NCBI GenBank assembly: GCA_964588165.1
Contig: CAZPMS010000006.1
Coordinates: forward strand, 3,425 to 67,424
Length of the DNA: 64,000 nt
Source: an uncultured Gammaproteobacteria bacterium
GTDB lineage: Bacteria > Patescibacteriota > Patescibacteriia > UBA1558 > UBA10009
Direction: 5' to 3'
How positions within the stretch are numbered: the first letter of the stretch is position 1; each line of letters starts with the position of its first letter. The notes below the pieces were generated by a model, which saw nothing but the letters and a program-made list of their open reading frames with translations, made no database searches and was not told the DNA's origin. The position numbers were made by a program, and so were the translations under genes. This document shows positions 37,559 to 47,125 of the stretch, one piece after another.

Positions 37559-38485
37559 CTAACTTTCTGACATACTAGTTTCTGGCCAATAATAGTTATC
37601 AAACGACCATTGTGATAAGGCTTTCACCTCTTGGAAACGGCTATCTTCTGTTTCGCTGCCTAAAACAACCACTAAAACCTCATGGCCATTATTATCAATA
37701 TTGCTTACTAAGCAGTAACCGGCTTCATCCAAAAAACCTGTTTTTCCGGAAACCACATTAAGGTAACTATTTAATAACCGGTCGGTATTTTTTAAGGTGT
37801 AGTTTCTGGGGGCATTTATGATGCTAAACTTATATTCTTTCTGTTTAGTGGCTGCCGCAATATCCGGTTGGCTTAAAGCCGTTTGGGCAAGTTTGATTAT
37901 ATCAAAGGCAGTAGAAACATTAGCGGGATCCAACCCAGTTGGTTCAAAAAAAATTGAATCAGACATGCCCAATTCTTGAGCCTTCTGGTTCATGGCTTCT
38001 ACAAACCCTTCTTCTGTAAGGCCAGTGGACCTTGCCAAAGCCATAGTTGAATTATTGGATGAAGCAACCAGCGAAGCATTAAACAAATCCTTTACATACA
38101 TTTTTTCTCCATTATAAACTCTTACTCGGCCACCTTCTCTGGAATCTGATTCTTGAATTGTAACTTCCGTTTGCCAGCCGGGATTATTATCCAAAAAAAC
38201 CAAAGCTGTCATTAATTTAGTAATACTGGCAATTGGACGGGCTTCTTCCGGGTTCTTCTGCCACAAAATAGAGTTGGTTCTTTTATCCACTACCATAGCC
38301 GAGGCAGCAGATATTTTTATACCCAAGGAACTACTATTTAATCTGTAAGGAGCATCTTTTTTATAAACAGCGCTGATTAAATTAATATTGCCTTCAACAT
38401 TGCTATCAATCGTTTGGGTAACAATGGCCGGTAAGGTAACCAGGCTATATAAACCTATTAAATTAGCTAAGATAGATAGTAACAT
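37559..38485 (-). CDS. serine-type D-Ala-D-Ala carboxypeptidase (PBP5/6 family)
   Basis: ASITKLMTALVFLD (SxxK), SSN triad motif (LVASSNNS), N-terminal signal/anchor. Confidence 0.75.
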   Translation of the reverse strand: MLLSILANLIGLYSLVTLPAIVTQTIDSNVEGNINLISAVYKKDAPYRLNSSSLGIKISAASAMVVDKRTNSILWQKNPEEARPIASITKLMTALVFLDNNPGWQTEVTIQESDSREGGRVRVYNGEKMYVKDLFNASLVASSNNSTMALARSTGLTEEGFVEAMNQKAQELGMSDSIFFEPTGLDPANVSTAFDIIKLAQTALSQPDIAAATKQKEYKFSIINAPRNYTLKNTDRLLNSYLNVVSGKTGFLDEAGYCLVSNIDNNGHEVLVVVLGSETEDSRFQEVKALSQWSFDNYYWPETSMSES

Positions 38486-38855
38486 TAAAAGGTCCTTTAA
38501 TTAAATAAAAAATACTTTTAAAATCAGTAAAGATTAAAGAGAGCCATAACAGAATAATTCCAATTATTGATAAGTTTATAATCATAAAAATAAACATCCA
38601 AACAGCTGCCACATAATTGGTTTTTAACAAAGTCTTGGCAATTGGACGTGCCGTTAATATAATCAACACAACAACTAAAATTATATAAAAAAACTTTAAA
38701 GCAATCTGCAAATTATTCATCCCTATATTGTTAAGCAGACGTGATAGGACAAATAAAACAATCCAGCCAATAATAGCTACTACATAAACTTTAACGCTTT
38801 CAGCTAAAGAAATCTGCCATAGTCTTTTTAATTTATTTTGATACTTTTTACTCAT
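38463..38855 (-). CDS. hypothetical small membrane protein (130 aa)
   Basis: Four predicted transmembrane helices; overlaps the downstream gene by 23 nt. Confidence 0.4.
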   Translation of the reverse strand: MSKKYQNKLKRLWQISLAESVKVYVVAIIGWIVLFVLSRLLNNIGMNNLQIALKFFYIILVVVLIILTARPIAKTLLKTNYVAAVWMFIFMIINLSIIGIILLWLSLIFTDFKSIFYLIKGPFNVTIYLS

Positions 38856-38976
38856 ATGATTTTTCGTCAGCGGTTAGCGAAAAGTCTGCGAAAGTTCGTG
38901 CGATATGTGATGTTAGCGAATTACGCATACCGCGCTGACACAACTGACCAATCGCAAACCGCGAACAATAATTTAT

Positions 38977-39579
38977 TTATTGATCACTACTTACCTCCAC
39001 CTTAACAACCTTATCTTCTTTTGCTTCTTGCTGGCTGACTTTACTATCCAGCAATTTATGTAAATTCTCATCACTATTTAGTTTTTCAAAATCGGGCAAA
39101 TCTACCACTGAATTTATGCCTAAGTGTTTAAGGAAGTCCATAGTGACTGAATAAACGGTTACGCCTTTTTGCTTGCTGTATTCCGCTTCTACCAAACCTC
39201 TAATCATTAAGTTCCTTAAGATTAGGCTGCAGTTAACGCCCCTTATCTGTTCCATTTCGGCTTTGGATACCGGCTGACGGTAAGCAACTATAGTCAAAGT
39301 TTCCAATGAAGGTTCTGTTAGTTCACCGGTTATATCATCTTTTAAATAAGTTTTAACCAAATCGGCATTGGCTGGATTAGAAGCCAGCTGGACTGAATTA
39401 TTATTTTTAATCAGCCTGATTCCCCCGCCATTTTGGTTGTATTCCTGATTTAACTGGACTAAAACTTCTTCTATCTTTTTTGGTTTAACTTTTAATATTT
39501 CTGCCAGTTTTTTTACGGAAATTGGTTTTGAAGTTACCAGTAATATACTTTCCAGTTGTGACTTTAATTGGTCTGACAT
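38977..39579 (-). CDS. scpB: segregation and condensation protein B
   Basis: Two winged-helix repeats (ISVKKLAEIL..., QPVSKAEMEQIRGV...) typical of ScpB; adjacent to scpA. Confidence 0.8.
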   Translation of the reverse strand: MSDQLKSQLESILLVTSKPISVKKLAEILKVKPKKIEEVLVQLNQEYNQNGGGIRLIKNNNSVQLASNPANADLVKTYLKDDITGELTEPSLETLTIVAYRQPVSKAEMEQIRGVNCSLILRNLMIRGLVEAEYSKQKGVTVYSVTMDFLKHLGINSVVDLPDFEKLNSDENLHKLLDSKVSQQEAKEDKVVKVEVSSDQ

Positions 39580-39600
39580 TTTAATTATTGATTATTTATT

Positions 39601-40314
39601 TTAATTATCATCTTGATGGCCATTTTTTTGAACAGTAATATCAGTAAATAAACCGCTCTGATCTACACTGATGGTTCGCTGTTTAACCAACTCCAGCATA
39701 GCTAAAAATGAAACTATCACTTCTGTTTTATCACCATTATTTAAAATATTCTTAAAGTTAAAAGAAAACTTTTCCATAATCATATTTTTTATATGTTTGA
39801 TCTTCTCGCCGATGGAAATAGTTTTTTTAATAACATCTTTAGGCAAATTTACAATTGGCTCTAATCTTTTTACAATTCTTTCAAATATTAATCCTAAATC
39901 CTTGGACCTTAGCTTTTCCGGTGGACTAAACCTAGGTGTAAATACCCTAATTGGCTTAGCTCTAGTAAACATAAAGCTCTCTTGCTTAAGCATCTGTTTT
40001 ATTTTTTTTGAAGCATCAAAATATTCTTTATAAATTTTTAGCTGGCGTTCCAAGGAACCCTCGTCTTCATCTTCAAAATCCAAACTTGGCATTAAAACTT
40101 TTGACTTTAATAGTAGAAGTTTTGAGGCAACAACTAAAAAGTCTGCCACCTCGCCCGGATTCATTTCTTCTGCTTCATTTACATAAGTAATAAACTGGTC
40201 AGCTACTTTAGCCAAAGAAACTTCCGTAATATCCATTTCCTGGTCTTCTATCAATTTCAATAAAAGGTCCAGAGGACCCTCAAATTGTTCCAGTTGTATT
40301 TTATATGTTGACAT
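39601..40314 (-). CDS. scpA: segregation and condensation protein A
   Basis: Starts at the ATG (40314) giving MSTYKIQLEQFEGPLDLLLKLIEDQEMDITEVSLAKVADQF; the ORF track's TTG start at 40329 is less likely. Confidence 0.8.
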   Translation of the reverse strand: MSTYKIQLEQFEGPLDLLLKLIEDQEMDITEVSLAKVADQFITYVNEAEEMNPGEVADFLVVASKLLLLKSKVLMPSLDFEDEDEGSLERQLKIYKEYFDASKKIKQMLKQESFMFTRAKPIRVFTPRFSPPEKLRSKDLGLIFERIVKRLEPIVNLPKDVIKKTISIGEKIKHIKNMIMEKFSFNFKNILNNGDKTEVIVSFLAMLELVKQRTISVDQSGLFTDITVQKNGHQDDN

Positions 40315-40484
40315 ATCGCAAAAACGCAAAAAATTGAAAACGCAAAATTTTTCTACTATATTTTTGCGTCAAAAGTTGTTTACAACTCTTTTAATCTCCA
40401 ATGTTGGTTTGGAAAAATTTAATAATAATCCTAATTTCAATCCAGTTGTTTTTAAATATGATAATAACTGCGCTTTATGTACAG

Positions 40485-41048
40485 TTATCTTTTCTTTTTC
40501 ACTTTAGTATTTTTTCTCTTTGGCTTTTTTGTGGTTCTGCGTTTTTGCGCTTTTGCGGTCTTCGCGCCTTTGCGTTTAATCTTCTTTATTTCTGAAAATA
40601 GATGGACTATTGGCTCTTCCAACTTTTTATAATCATTAACTGTCATTTTGATGCTTTCCACCAATGAACCTCCGGAAAAAATTACTTTCTTTACTTTGTC
40701 AAAACCCTTATCTAGAATAACTTCAACTTTATGGATAGAACCAAATCCGGTTAATGAACCGGGCTTAATTTTAAAAGCTTTAATAAGTTCCGCTTCTTTT
40801 GGAATAACCACTTTTTTGGCCTTAAGGGCTTTTTTTAATTTAGATAAATTTACGTTCTTGTCTGAAGCCAAAATTAACAAATAATAGTTCTTATCAGCTT
40901 TAACAACTAATGACTTGGCGATTTCATCTAATTTGACTTTAAGAGTTGCCGCAGCATCAAAGGCAGTATAAACTTTTTTATGCGGTACAATTTCGTATTT
41001 TACTTTTTTATCATCTAAATGTTTTAGCACTTTCTTTGAAGTTGACAT
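40485..41048 (-). CDS. YbaK/ProX-type aminoacyl-tRNA deacylase domain protein with Lys-rich C-terminal tail
   Basis: YbaK-like fold motifs (YLLILASDKNVNLSKL, GSLTGFGSI) followed by a K/R/A-rich tail. Confidence 0.55.
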   Translation of the reverse strand: MSTSKKVLKHLDDKKVKYEIVPHKKVYTAFDAAATLKVKLDEIAKSLVVKADKNYYLLILASDKNVNLSKLKKALKAKKVVIPKEAELIKAFKIKPGSLTGFGSIHKVEVILDKGFDKVKKVIFSGGSLVESIKMTVNDYKKLEEPIVHLFSEIKKIKRKGAKTAKAQKRRTTKKPKRKNTKVKKKR

Positions 41049-41063
41049 ATATTTTAATTTAAT

Positions 41064-41125
41064 TATCTGCGGAATATCTGCGTGTCATCTGCGCCTGCCC
41101 GCCTATTGCGGGGTCAATCTGCGTT
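41064..41125 (-). promoter_or_regulatory. array of four ATCTGCG heptamers (reads CGCAGAT in the direction of the downstream gene)
   Basis: ttATCTGCGgaatATCTGCGtgtcATCTGCGcctgcccgcctattgcggggtcaATCTGCGtt, ending 15 nt upstream of the ybaK-like start. Confidence 0.5.
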
Positions 41126-41429
41126 ATCTTTTTCCCTTTTTAAATTGAAAACTTTTTTGTTCGCCTAATAACTTTTTAGCAATTAAACGACCTTTAGGTG
41201 TTAGGCTTACTTCTTTAATAAACCACTTATGCTGAGTTCTTTGGCCATAACCGACCATTAAACCCTTATCAATTAATCTATCTATGCTTTTTGAAATTAT
41301 TTTAACCTGTTCTAATTTTGATGGAGTTTTTTTGCCGTTGTAATATTTATGGTAACGGCTGCGTAAAATCTTATTCCTTTGCCCAAAACTTTCTTTAAGT
41401 ATAAATTTTTGTAGGGCTGAAAGCTTCAT
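41124..41429 (-). CDS. hypothetical basic protein (101 aa)
   Basis: ORF overlapping the upstream HD-domain gene by 4 nt (operon). Confidence 0.45.
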   Translation of the reverse strand: MKLSALQKFILKESFGQRNKILRSRYHKYYNGKKTPSKLEQVKIISKSIDRLIDKGLMVGYGQRTQHKWFIKEVSLTPKGRLIAKKLLGEQKSFQFKKGKR

Positions 41430-42088
41430 GCTAATTTAAATTTATTTATTTCTAAGCTGAATTTATAACCTAAATATTCTGCCGAATGCCGACAATAAAC
41501 CATCCTGGCGGTAAATATTTCAAAATAATTCATTGGCTGGGTAAACTTGGTATCAATTGTTAAATCAAGAGTGATGGTTTTTTTGCCATTATTTATTTTA
41601 AGTTGGTTGTCCTTAACAGCATAATTAACTCGGTCATGGATATCCGCTTTTATTTTATCCATCTTTTTAGTTAAAACCCGGCTACGATGAACATCGGACT
41701 TATCGGCAATTATGGCAGCTGCAGAAACTTTACTCATTATATTTATATCTTCTTTATCATGGGCCACAATGGCTTCCATAATGTCAGAAACCTGTTTAAC
41801 ATCTTTGTTATTGCCAAAAACCTGATGGAATAAAAGCCCAGCCCAATAATGATGGTAAGTCCTGCCTAAAAAATTACCCATATCATGGCAATAGCCGGCT
41901 ATCTTGGAATTTTCCGTATCAACTTTGCTAAACTTTAAATTCCTGGCAATTTTTCCTGCCCTATCGGCCACAATGCCCACGTGCCTAAAACCATGGTCAG
42001 TATAACCAATATCTTTTAAATATCCAGCTGACTGTTTTATAAACTGCTGGATTTGCGGATTAGCTTTTACTTGTTCAAAGGTTATCAT
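41426..42088 (-). CDS. HD-domain phosphohydrolase
   Basis: HxxGxxH...HD (GFRHVGIVADRAG ... CHDMGN) metal-binding motifs. Confidence 0.7.
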   Translation of the reverse strand: MITFEQVKANPQIQQFIKQSAGYLKDIGYTDHGFRHVGIVADRAGKIARNLKFSKVDTENSKIAGYCHDMGNFLGRTYHHYWAGLLFHQVFGNNKDVKQVSDIMEAIVAHDKEDINIMSKVSAAAIIADKSDVHRSRVLTKKMDKIKADIHDRVNYAVKDNQLKINNGKKTITLDLTIDTKFTQPMNYFEIFTARMVYCRHSAEYLGYKFSLEINKFKLA

Positions 42089-42123
42089 GATTTAATAATT
42101 GATGAATAATGATTCATGACTGA

Positions 42124-43506
42124 TTATTTAATCTTTATCCCTAATTCTTTAAGTTGGTCTTTATCCACTTCCGATGGTGAATCCATCAATGGATCTCTAT
42201 TATCAGAAGTTTTTGGAAAAGCCATTACTTCTCTTATGCTGGTTTCGCCCGCTAAAATTGCGATTAATCTATCTAGGCCAAAAGCAATACCTCCATGAGG
42301 CGGAACACCATATTTGAAAGCCTCTAAAAGATGTCCAAACTTATCTTTAATTTCCTTATCTTTATGGCCTAAAACTTCAAAAATTTTATAAAGAATTTTA
42401 GGATCAGAAGTTCTAATAGAGCCGCCGGCAATTTCTTGGCCGTTTAAGGCTAAATCATATTGTAGGGCCCTAACATCTTTTAAGTCACCTTTTTCTACTT
42501 TATCTAAATCTTCGGAATTAATAGCGGTAAAAGGATGATGAGCTGCACCCCAACGCTTATCGCCTTCTTTATATTCAAACATCGGAAAATCAGTTACCCA
42601 AACAAAGGCTAATTCATTATCATCTTCTTTGTTTTTTCTAACATCTGGCTTGTCAGACTTATACTTTTCTATAGCTTCTTTATGTGTCATTCTAGAAATA
42701 CTCATTTTGGCTTCTGGCTTAACTTTGGCAACAACTGACTTTATCAATTTTTCTATCAAAGAAATAATTTCTTTTTGATTTACAAAGCTCATTTCCATAT
42801 CCAGTTGAGTAAATTCCGCTTGCCTATCGCCTCTTTGGTCTTCATCTCTAAAACATCTAACTATTTGAAAATATTTTTCCATCCCGGCAATCATTAACAT
42901 CTGTTTGTACTGTTGTGGGCTTTGAGGCAAAGCATAAAAATTTCCTTTAAAATTTCTTGAAGGAACTAAAAAATCTCTTGCGCCTTCGGGTGTAGACTTA
43001 GAAAGAAATGGGGTTTCTATTTCTAAAAAATCTTCTTTATAAAAGAATTCTCTAATAGTTTTAATAACTTCGTGCCTTAATTTAATATTTTTCTGCATTC
43101 TTTCATGCTTTAAGTCTAAATATCTGTATTTAAGCCTAAGTTCTTCGTTAGCTTGCCTATCTTCATTATCAATCTCAAATGGCGGAGTTACTGCTTCTGA
43201 TAAGATTTTGACTTGCTTAGCCAATACCTCAACTGTACCGGTTGGTATATCTTTATTAACCTGCTTATCACCTCTTTTATTGACGGTGCCGTTTATTTCT
43301 AAAACATATTCAGGTTTTATGTTCTTGATAATTTCGGCTGAATCTTTATCCAGTTCTGATGGCACCAGGACAACCTGAACAATGGCAGATTTATCTCTAA
43401 GGTCTACAAACATTATCTTGCCCATTTTCCGGACGCTATGCGCCCAGCCGGCCAGCAAAACTTCTTTATTAATTTGTTTAGTTGTTTCTATATTATTTAT
43501 TTTCAT
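42124..43506 (-). CDS. aspS: aspartyl-tRNA synthetase, short (archaeal/eukaryotic-type) form
   Basis: 460 aa; N-terminal OB fold; class II motifs FRDE, QLD.E and GGIAFGLDRL. Confidence 0.85.
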   Translation of the reverse strand: MKINNIETTKQINKEVLLAGWAHSVRKMGKIMFVDLRDKSAIVQVVLVPSELDKDSAEIIKNIKPEYVLEINGTVNKRGDKQVNKDIPTGTVEVLAKQVKILSEAVTPPFEIDNEDRQANEELRLKYRYLDLKHERMQKNIKLRHEVIKTIREFFYKEDFLEIETPFLSKSTPEGARDFLVPSRNFKGNFYALPQSPQQYKQMLMIAGMEKYFQIVRCFRDEDQRGDRQAEFTQLDMEMSFVNQKEIISLIEKLIKSVVAKVKPEAKMSISRMTHKEAIEKYKSDKPDVRKNKEDDNELAFVWVTDFPMFEYKEGDKRWGAAHHPFTAINSEDLDKVEKGDLKDVRALQYDLALNGQEIAGGSIRTSDPKILYKIFEVLGHKDKEIKDKFGHLLEAFKYGVPPHGGIAFGLDRLIAILAGETSIREVMAFPKTSDNRDPLMDSPSEVDKDQLKELGIKIK

Positions 43507-43518
43507 ATTTTACCTCTA

Positions 43519-43548
43519 CGTCATTCCGAGCGAGGCTAAACCCTCGCC
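43519..43548. repeat. H1-family short element (gtcattccgagc + gcgaggctaaaccctcgcc hairpin)
   Basis: cgtcattccgagcgaggctaaaccctcgcc; the hairpin module is identical to one in the 52379..52560 composite element. Confidence 0.55.
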
Positions 43549-43632
43549 TTAACGTTTAAATTATTAAAAAATTGTTTAACGAAGAATTCAGCTTATCATT
43601 CTAGTTTTTATATTTTTAGTTTTCATAAATTA

Positions 43633-43875
43633 TTACTCAACTGATTGACGTTCAATATCTTCCTCATGACTGGTAACAGTATCGCCCCAATCTCCATCTG
43701 TTTGATCAAGAGTTGGCTTGGTTCCGGTAGCCCTGTCTTTTTTAGGGGGTTGTTGAGTATCTTCCAAAAAAGCAGCGGCAACCTCCGGATCATTTGGTAC
43801 ACCAGATTGATCTAATAAATCTTTAGCCTCTGGTGGTATCTCCCCTCCGTTTTCAAATGATTTTCCGTCAAACAT
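43633..43875 (-). CDS. hypothetical small acidic protein (80 aa)
   Basis: ORF only; low complexity. Confidence 0.3.
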   Translation of the reverse strand: MFDGKSFENGGEIPPEAKDLLDQSGVPNDPEVAAAFLEDTQQPPKKDRATGTKPTLDQTDGDWGDTVTSHEEDIERQSVE

Positions 43876-43921
43876 ATTTTTATTGGTTAATTAATTATTA
43901 TTTTTTTTGTATTCTACTACT

Positions 43922-43965
43922 ACGCCATTCCGAGCTTGTCGAGGAATCCCGTTATTCCGGAAAGA
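43922..43965. repeat. H1-family truncated element
   Basis: ccattccgagcttgtcgaggaatcccgttattccgg directly 3' of the GIY-YIG gene. Confidence 0.5.
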
Positions 43966-44236
43966 CGATTTTTAAATTCTTATTAACTCGCTTTATTAAA
44001 TCCAATTTTTTAAAACGACTCCATTTTTTTAACTGTTTTTCTCTATCAATCGCTTCAATAATACTTTCATAACTTTCAAAATAAACTAATTCATCAACAT
44101 TATATTTTTTAGTAAATCCTTTTAATTTTAATTGATGTTCATCTAATCTTCTAGCTAAATCATTGGTAACTCCTATATAAATCACTGTTCTCCTATGATT
44201 CATTAAAAAATAGACGTAAAATTCTTTTTGTAACAC
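43952..44236 (-). CDS. GIY-YIG nuclease family protein (94 aa)
   Basis: FYVYFLMNHRRTVIYIGVTNDLARRLDEH canonical GIY-YIG core. Confidence 0.75.
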   Translation of the reverse strand: MLQKEFYVYFLMNHRRTVIYIGVTNDLARRLDEHQLKLKGFTKKYNVDELVYFESYESIIEAIDREKQLKKWSRFKKLDLIKRVNKNLKIVFPE

Positions 44237-44309
44237 ATTTTAAACTTTCCTACCCTGATACATTTATTAACGGGATCTCTCCACCTTGGTCGAGATGACG
44301 TCTGAGAAA

Positions 44310-45599
44310 CTACGGTTTTAATCTGGTAATCATTCTAGGAAATGGAATTGTTTCCCTAACATGTTTAGTACCGCAGATCCAGCCAACCAGCCTTTCTAAG
44401 CCAACGCCGAATCCGGAATGAGGCACACTACCGTATTTTCTTAAATCCAAATACCATTGGAAATCTTTTATAGGCAATTTGTGTTCTTTAACTCTTTTGA
44501 GTAAAGTGTCATAATCATCCTCACGTTGACTGCCGCCGATAATTTCACCAAAACCTTCTGGGGCTATCATATCATCACAAAGTGCCAACTTGCCGGACTT
44601 ATCGCGCTTCATATAAAAAGCTTTAATGGCTGCCGGCCACTTATCTACAAACACCGGCACATCTGAATCTTTGGTTAATAAAGTCTCATCATCGCCGCCT
44701 AAATCCTCGTTATCTTTAATATCTGATCCAAGTTTTTGAAGTTTTTTTACAGCCTCTTTGTGTGTCATTCTTACAAATGGAGCTTTGATTTTTTTAAGCT
44801 TAGCAGTATCCCGTTCTAAAATCTCTAATTCCTTTTTATTTTCTGAAAGTACCTTTTTAACAATATATGAGACTAACTCTTCCTGGATCTTCATATTTTC
44901 TTCATGTTCAACAAAGGCTGCTTCTGCGTCCATCATCCAAAATTCTGTAAGATGCCTGCGGGTTTTGGATTTCTCGGCTCTAAACACTGGGCCAAAGTCA
45001 AAAACCTTGCCTAACGAAAATATGGCCGCTTCTATATATAACTGTCCTGATTGCGAAAGGTAAGCTTTGCCTAGGTCAAAATAATCCAGTTCAAATAAAG
45101 TTGTGGTGCCCTCACAGGCGTTGGGAGTTAAAATCGGCGAATCAATCTTAATATAGCCCTGGTTATTTAAAAATTCGTAAATTGAGTTTATGATGGTGTT
45201 CCTAACTTTTTGGATGGCCCACTGTTTGTTTGAACGTAGCCATAAATGACGATTATCCAATAAAAAATCCGGTCCATGCTCTTTTTTGGAAATCGGATAT
45301 TCTTCAGCCACCTGGACTAATTCAATATCGCTGACTTGGAGTTCATATTCTTCCTTTTTTGGATGTTTACTTATTTTTCCAGATAATATAGCTGACGATT
45401 CTTGAGTGATTTTCTCAACTTCCTTCCATACCTTGCCAGATACTTCCTTTTTATTAACAATGGCCTGAATAAAACCAGAACCGTCTCTAACCTGTAAAAA
45501 ATAAAGGCTTCCGGAAGATCGGAAGTTATAAATCCAGCCCTGAATTTTTGCTTCTTTACCCTCAAATTCAGAAGCTTTCGTAATTGTAATTTTTTCCAT
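44310..45599 (-). CDS. asnS: asparaginyl-tRNA synthetase
   Basis: 429 aa; N-terminal OB fold; class IIb motifs FRAEKSKTRRHLTEFWMMDAE and GFGVGLERL. Confidence 0.85.
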   Translation of the reverse strand: MEKITITKASEFEGKEAKIQGWIYNFRSSGSLYFLQVRDGSGFIQAIVNKKEVSGKVWKEVEKITQESSAILSGKISKHPKKEEYELQVSDIELVQVAEEYPISKKEHGPDFLLDNRHLWLRSNKQWAIQKVRNTIINSIYEFLNNQGYIKIDSPILTPNACEGTTTLFELDYFDLGKAYLSQSGQLYIEAAIFSLGKVFDFGPVFRAEKSKTRRHLTEFWMMDAEAAFVEHEENMKIQEELVSYIVKKVLSENKKELEILERDTAKLKKIKAPFVRMTHKEAVKKLQKLGSDIKDNEDLGGDDETLLTKDSDVPVFVDKWPAAIKAFYMKRDKSGKLALCDDMIAPEGFGEIIGGSQREDDYDTLLKRVKEHKLPIKDFQWYLDLRKYGSVPHSGFGVGLERLVGWICGTKHVRETIPFPRMITRLKP

Positions 45600-45736
45600 A
45601 AGTTGTAGATATTATACTATTTTTTGACTATTTTGTGAAGTTAATGATTGTATTGACTAAACTAAGTTAACGTGTAAAAATATCCCTATTGTACATTACA
45701 AAACATACATCGTTTAACTAGCTGGAGATTAGAACC

Positions 45737-46354
45737 ATGAAGAAAGTTTTTGGAGTCTTAGCCGTTCTTTTATGCTTTCTGCTGTTGGTAGCTACCTTTG
45801 CCTTCCCATTCTGGAACGATAATCGGTTGGCCGTCAAAGAGCGCAGCGAAGCCATTGTAGCTGCTCAGGAATTCACCGTTGAAGGCCAATTGCTGGCTAC
45901 CGTTCACTATTCACTGGAAGGTATTGAAACCAAGGGAGAATTTAACCAGACTTTCATTGAACTGGTAAACCAACAAATTCCCTCCTACAACGACGCCGGC
46001 CAACGGCTGATAACCTATTGCTATATAGCCGGCCAAGAATCGTCTTCACAGCAAGAAATCTTATTGGCCAAACAGAACCTTAAGCCTTGCCAGAATTCGA
46101 TTATGATATTTTTGGCAAATTCCGAAGGGAAAACAAATTGCTACTTGATTATTGATAATTATTGGTCGAGCAACATGCCTGCAATTATGGGAATGTTTAT
46201 GAAGCCGAATACTGGACCGCTAACAGAGACTTTTACAGCTTTGATGATTGGCGCAACAATAAAAATTCCTTCAACTGTTTTATTGACCGGTGGCTGGATT
46301 CCCAATAACCTGGTGTATTTCTCCGATGAACAAATCCCTTATTTAACCAGTTAA
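45737..46354 (+). CDS. hypothetical secreted protein, GC-rich orphan (205 aa)
   Basis: Signal-peptide-like N-terminus, GGAGA ribosome-binding site, GC-richer composition. Confidence 0.5.
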   Translation: MKKVFGVLAVLLCFLLLVATFAFPFWNDNRLAVKERSEAIVAAQEFTVEGQLLATVHYSLEGIETKGEFNQTFIELVNQQIPSYNDAGQRLITYCYIAGQESSSQQEILLAKQNLKPCQNSIMIFLANSEGKTNCYLIIDNYWSSNMPAIMGMFMKPNTGPLTETFTALMIGATIKIPSTVLLTGGWIPNNLVYFSDEQIPYLTS

Positions 46355-46371
46355 TTATTTGACCACCTCTA

Positions 46372-46410
46372 TCCGCCAAGCTACTTATGCCTGGCGGTTT
46401 TTATTTTTTT
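46372..46410 (+). terminator. intrinsic terminator after ORF 45737..46354
   Basis: ccgccaagctacttatgcctggcgg followed by tttttattttttt. Confidence 0.55.
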
Positions 46411-46427
46411 ATAAAACTTTTAATTTC

Positions 46428-46558
46428 TTCTGAAGTTAATTCCCGCCAATTTCCAGGCGGTAAATCTTCCATTTTAATGCTACCAACTCTGATTCTTTTC
46501 AAACTGACCACTTCATAGCCTATATTTTCTACCATCCGCCTTATTTGCCTATTCCAGC
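46428..46558 (-). pseudogene. duplicated 3'-terminal fragment of rluB (~130 bp, ~95% identical to 47178..47308)
   Basis: ttaattcccgccaatttccaggcggtaaatcttccattttaatgctaccaactctgattcttttcaaactga.cac.tcatagcctatattttctaccatccgccttatttgcctattccagcc, then unrelated sequence. Confidence 0.75.
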
Positions 46559-46572
46559 CCTATTGACAATAT

Positions 46573-46601
46573 TTTTAATATATGATATTATTTATTATTC
46601 G
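46573..46601 (+). promoter_or_regulatory. sigma70-like promoter TTGACA-17-TATTAT
   Basis: ttgacaatatttttaatatatgatattat upstream of ORF 46683..47096. Confidence 0.45.
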
Positions 46602-46682
46602 ATCTTTCTTTATTGACCATTTAGTACTAATAGTACTAAACTTCAAAAGAGTGAAAAGTGCCAAACCACAGTGAGGGAAATT

Positions 46683-47096
46683 ATGAGGTATCCGAACTCT
46701 TTTCTGAAGAATGGTCCGCTTTATGTGGTCATTCTAGCTGCTCTCGTTTTCGTAACGGGGTTTGTTCAGTACAACAGCGACAGCCATCACTTCAGCATTC
46801 AGCACGAAACTTTCGTCGCAGGCGACAACCAGGCCTCATTGATCGGCTACACAGTTGCTGATCTGGAAAATTATGGGCAACGTTACCTTGAAGCCAAGTA
46901 TCCTGGGACATCCCAACTGCCACGCTTCGTAAACGTGGCATTAGGAATGATACCTGTACTACTTCTTCCACCAAACATTTTTTGGTCGCCAGCAATCATT
47001 CTTACATTTATGCTATGCGGAATCTGCGGAATATTGCTTACCGGAATAATTTCTAACCGCAATATGAATTGCCTCAAACCAACTTTATCACAATAA
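46683..47096 (+). CDS. hypothetical membrane protein, GC-rich orphan (137 aa from ATG 46683; GTG 46671 possible)
   Basis: GAGGGA ribosome-binding site; two to three transmembrane helices; GC-richer; sits between the rluB fragment and intact rluB. Confidence 0.5.
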   Translation: MRYPNSFLKNGPLYVVILAALVFVTGFVQYNSDSHHFSIQHETFVAGDNQASLIGYTVADLENYGQRYLEAKYPGTSQLPRFVNVALGMIPVLLLPPNIFWSPAIILTFMLCGICGILLTGIISNRNMNCLKPTLSQ

Positions 47097-47125
47097 ACAA
47101 TGAGAGGTACAAATTTTCTAAACGA

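Noticed and set aside
40401-40884. ORFs 40401..40595(+) and 40648..40884(+); gcgtttttgcg repeats at 40521-40570
   Set aside because: They are antisense to the ybaK-like gene. The repeats simply reflect the Lys/Arg/Ala-rich tail codons (KRKGAKTAKAQKRR) of that gene.
44758-45565. ORFs 44758..45063(+) and 45371..45565(-)
   Set aside because: They lie inside asnS in other frames.
46658-47077. ORFs 46658..46861(+), 46792..46995(-), 46883..47077(-)
   Set aside because: They are overlapping frames of the GC-rich ORF 46683..47096. Only the longest frame with a ribosome-binding site was kept.
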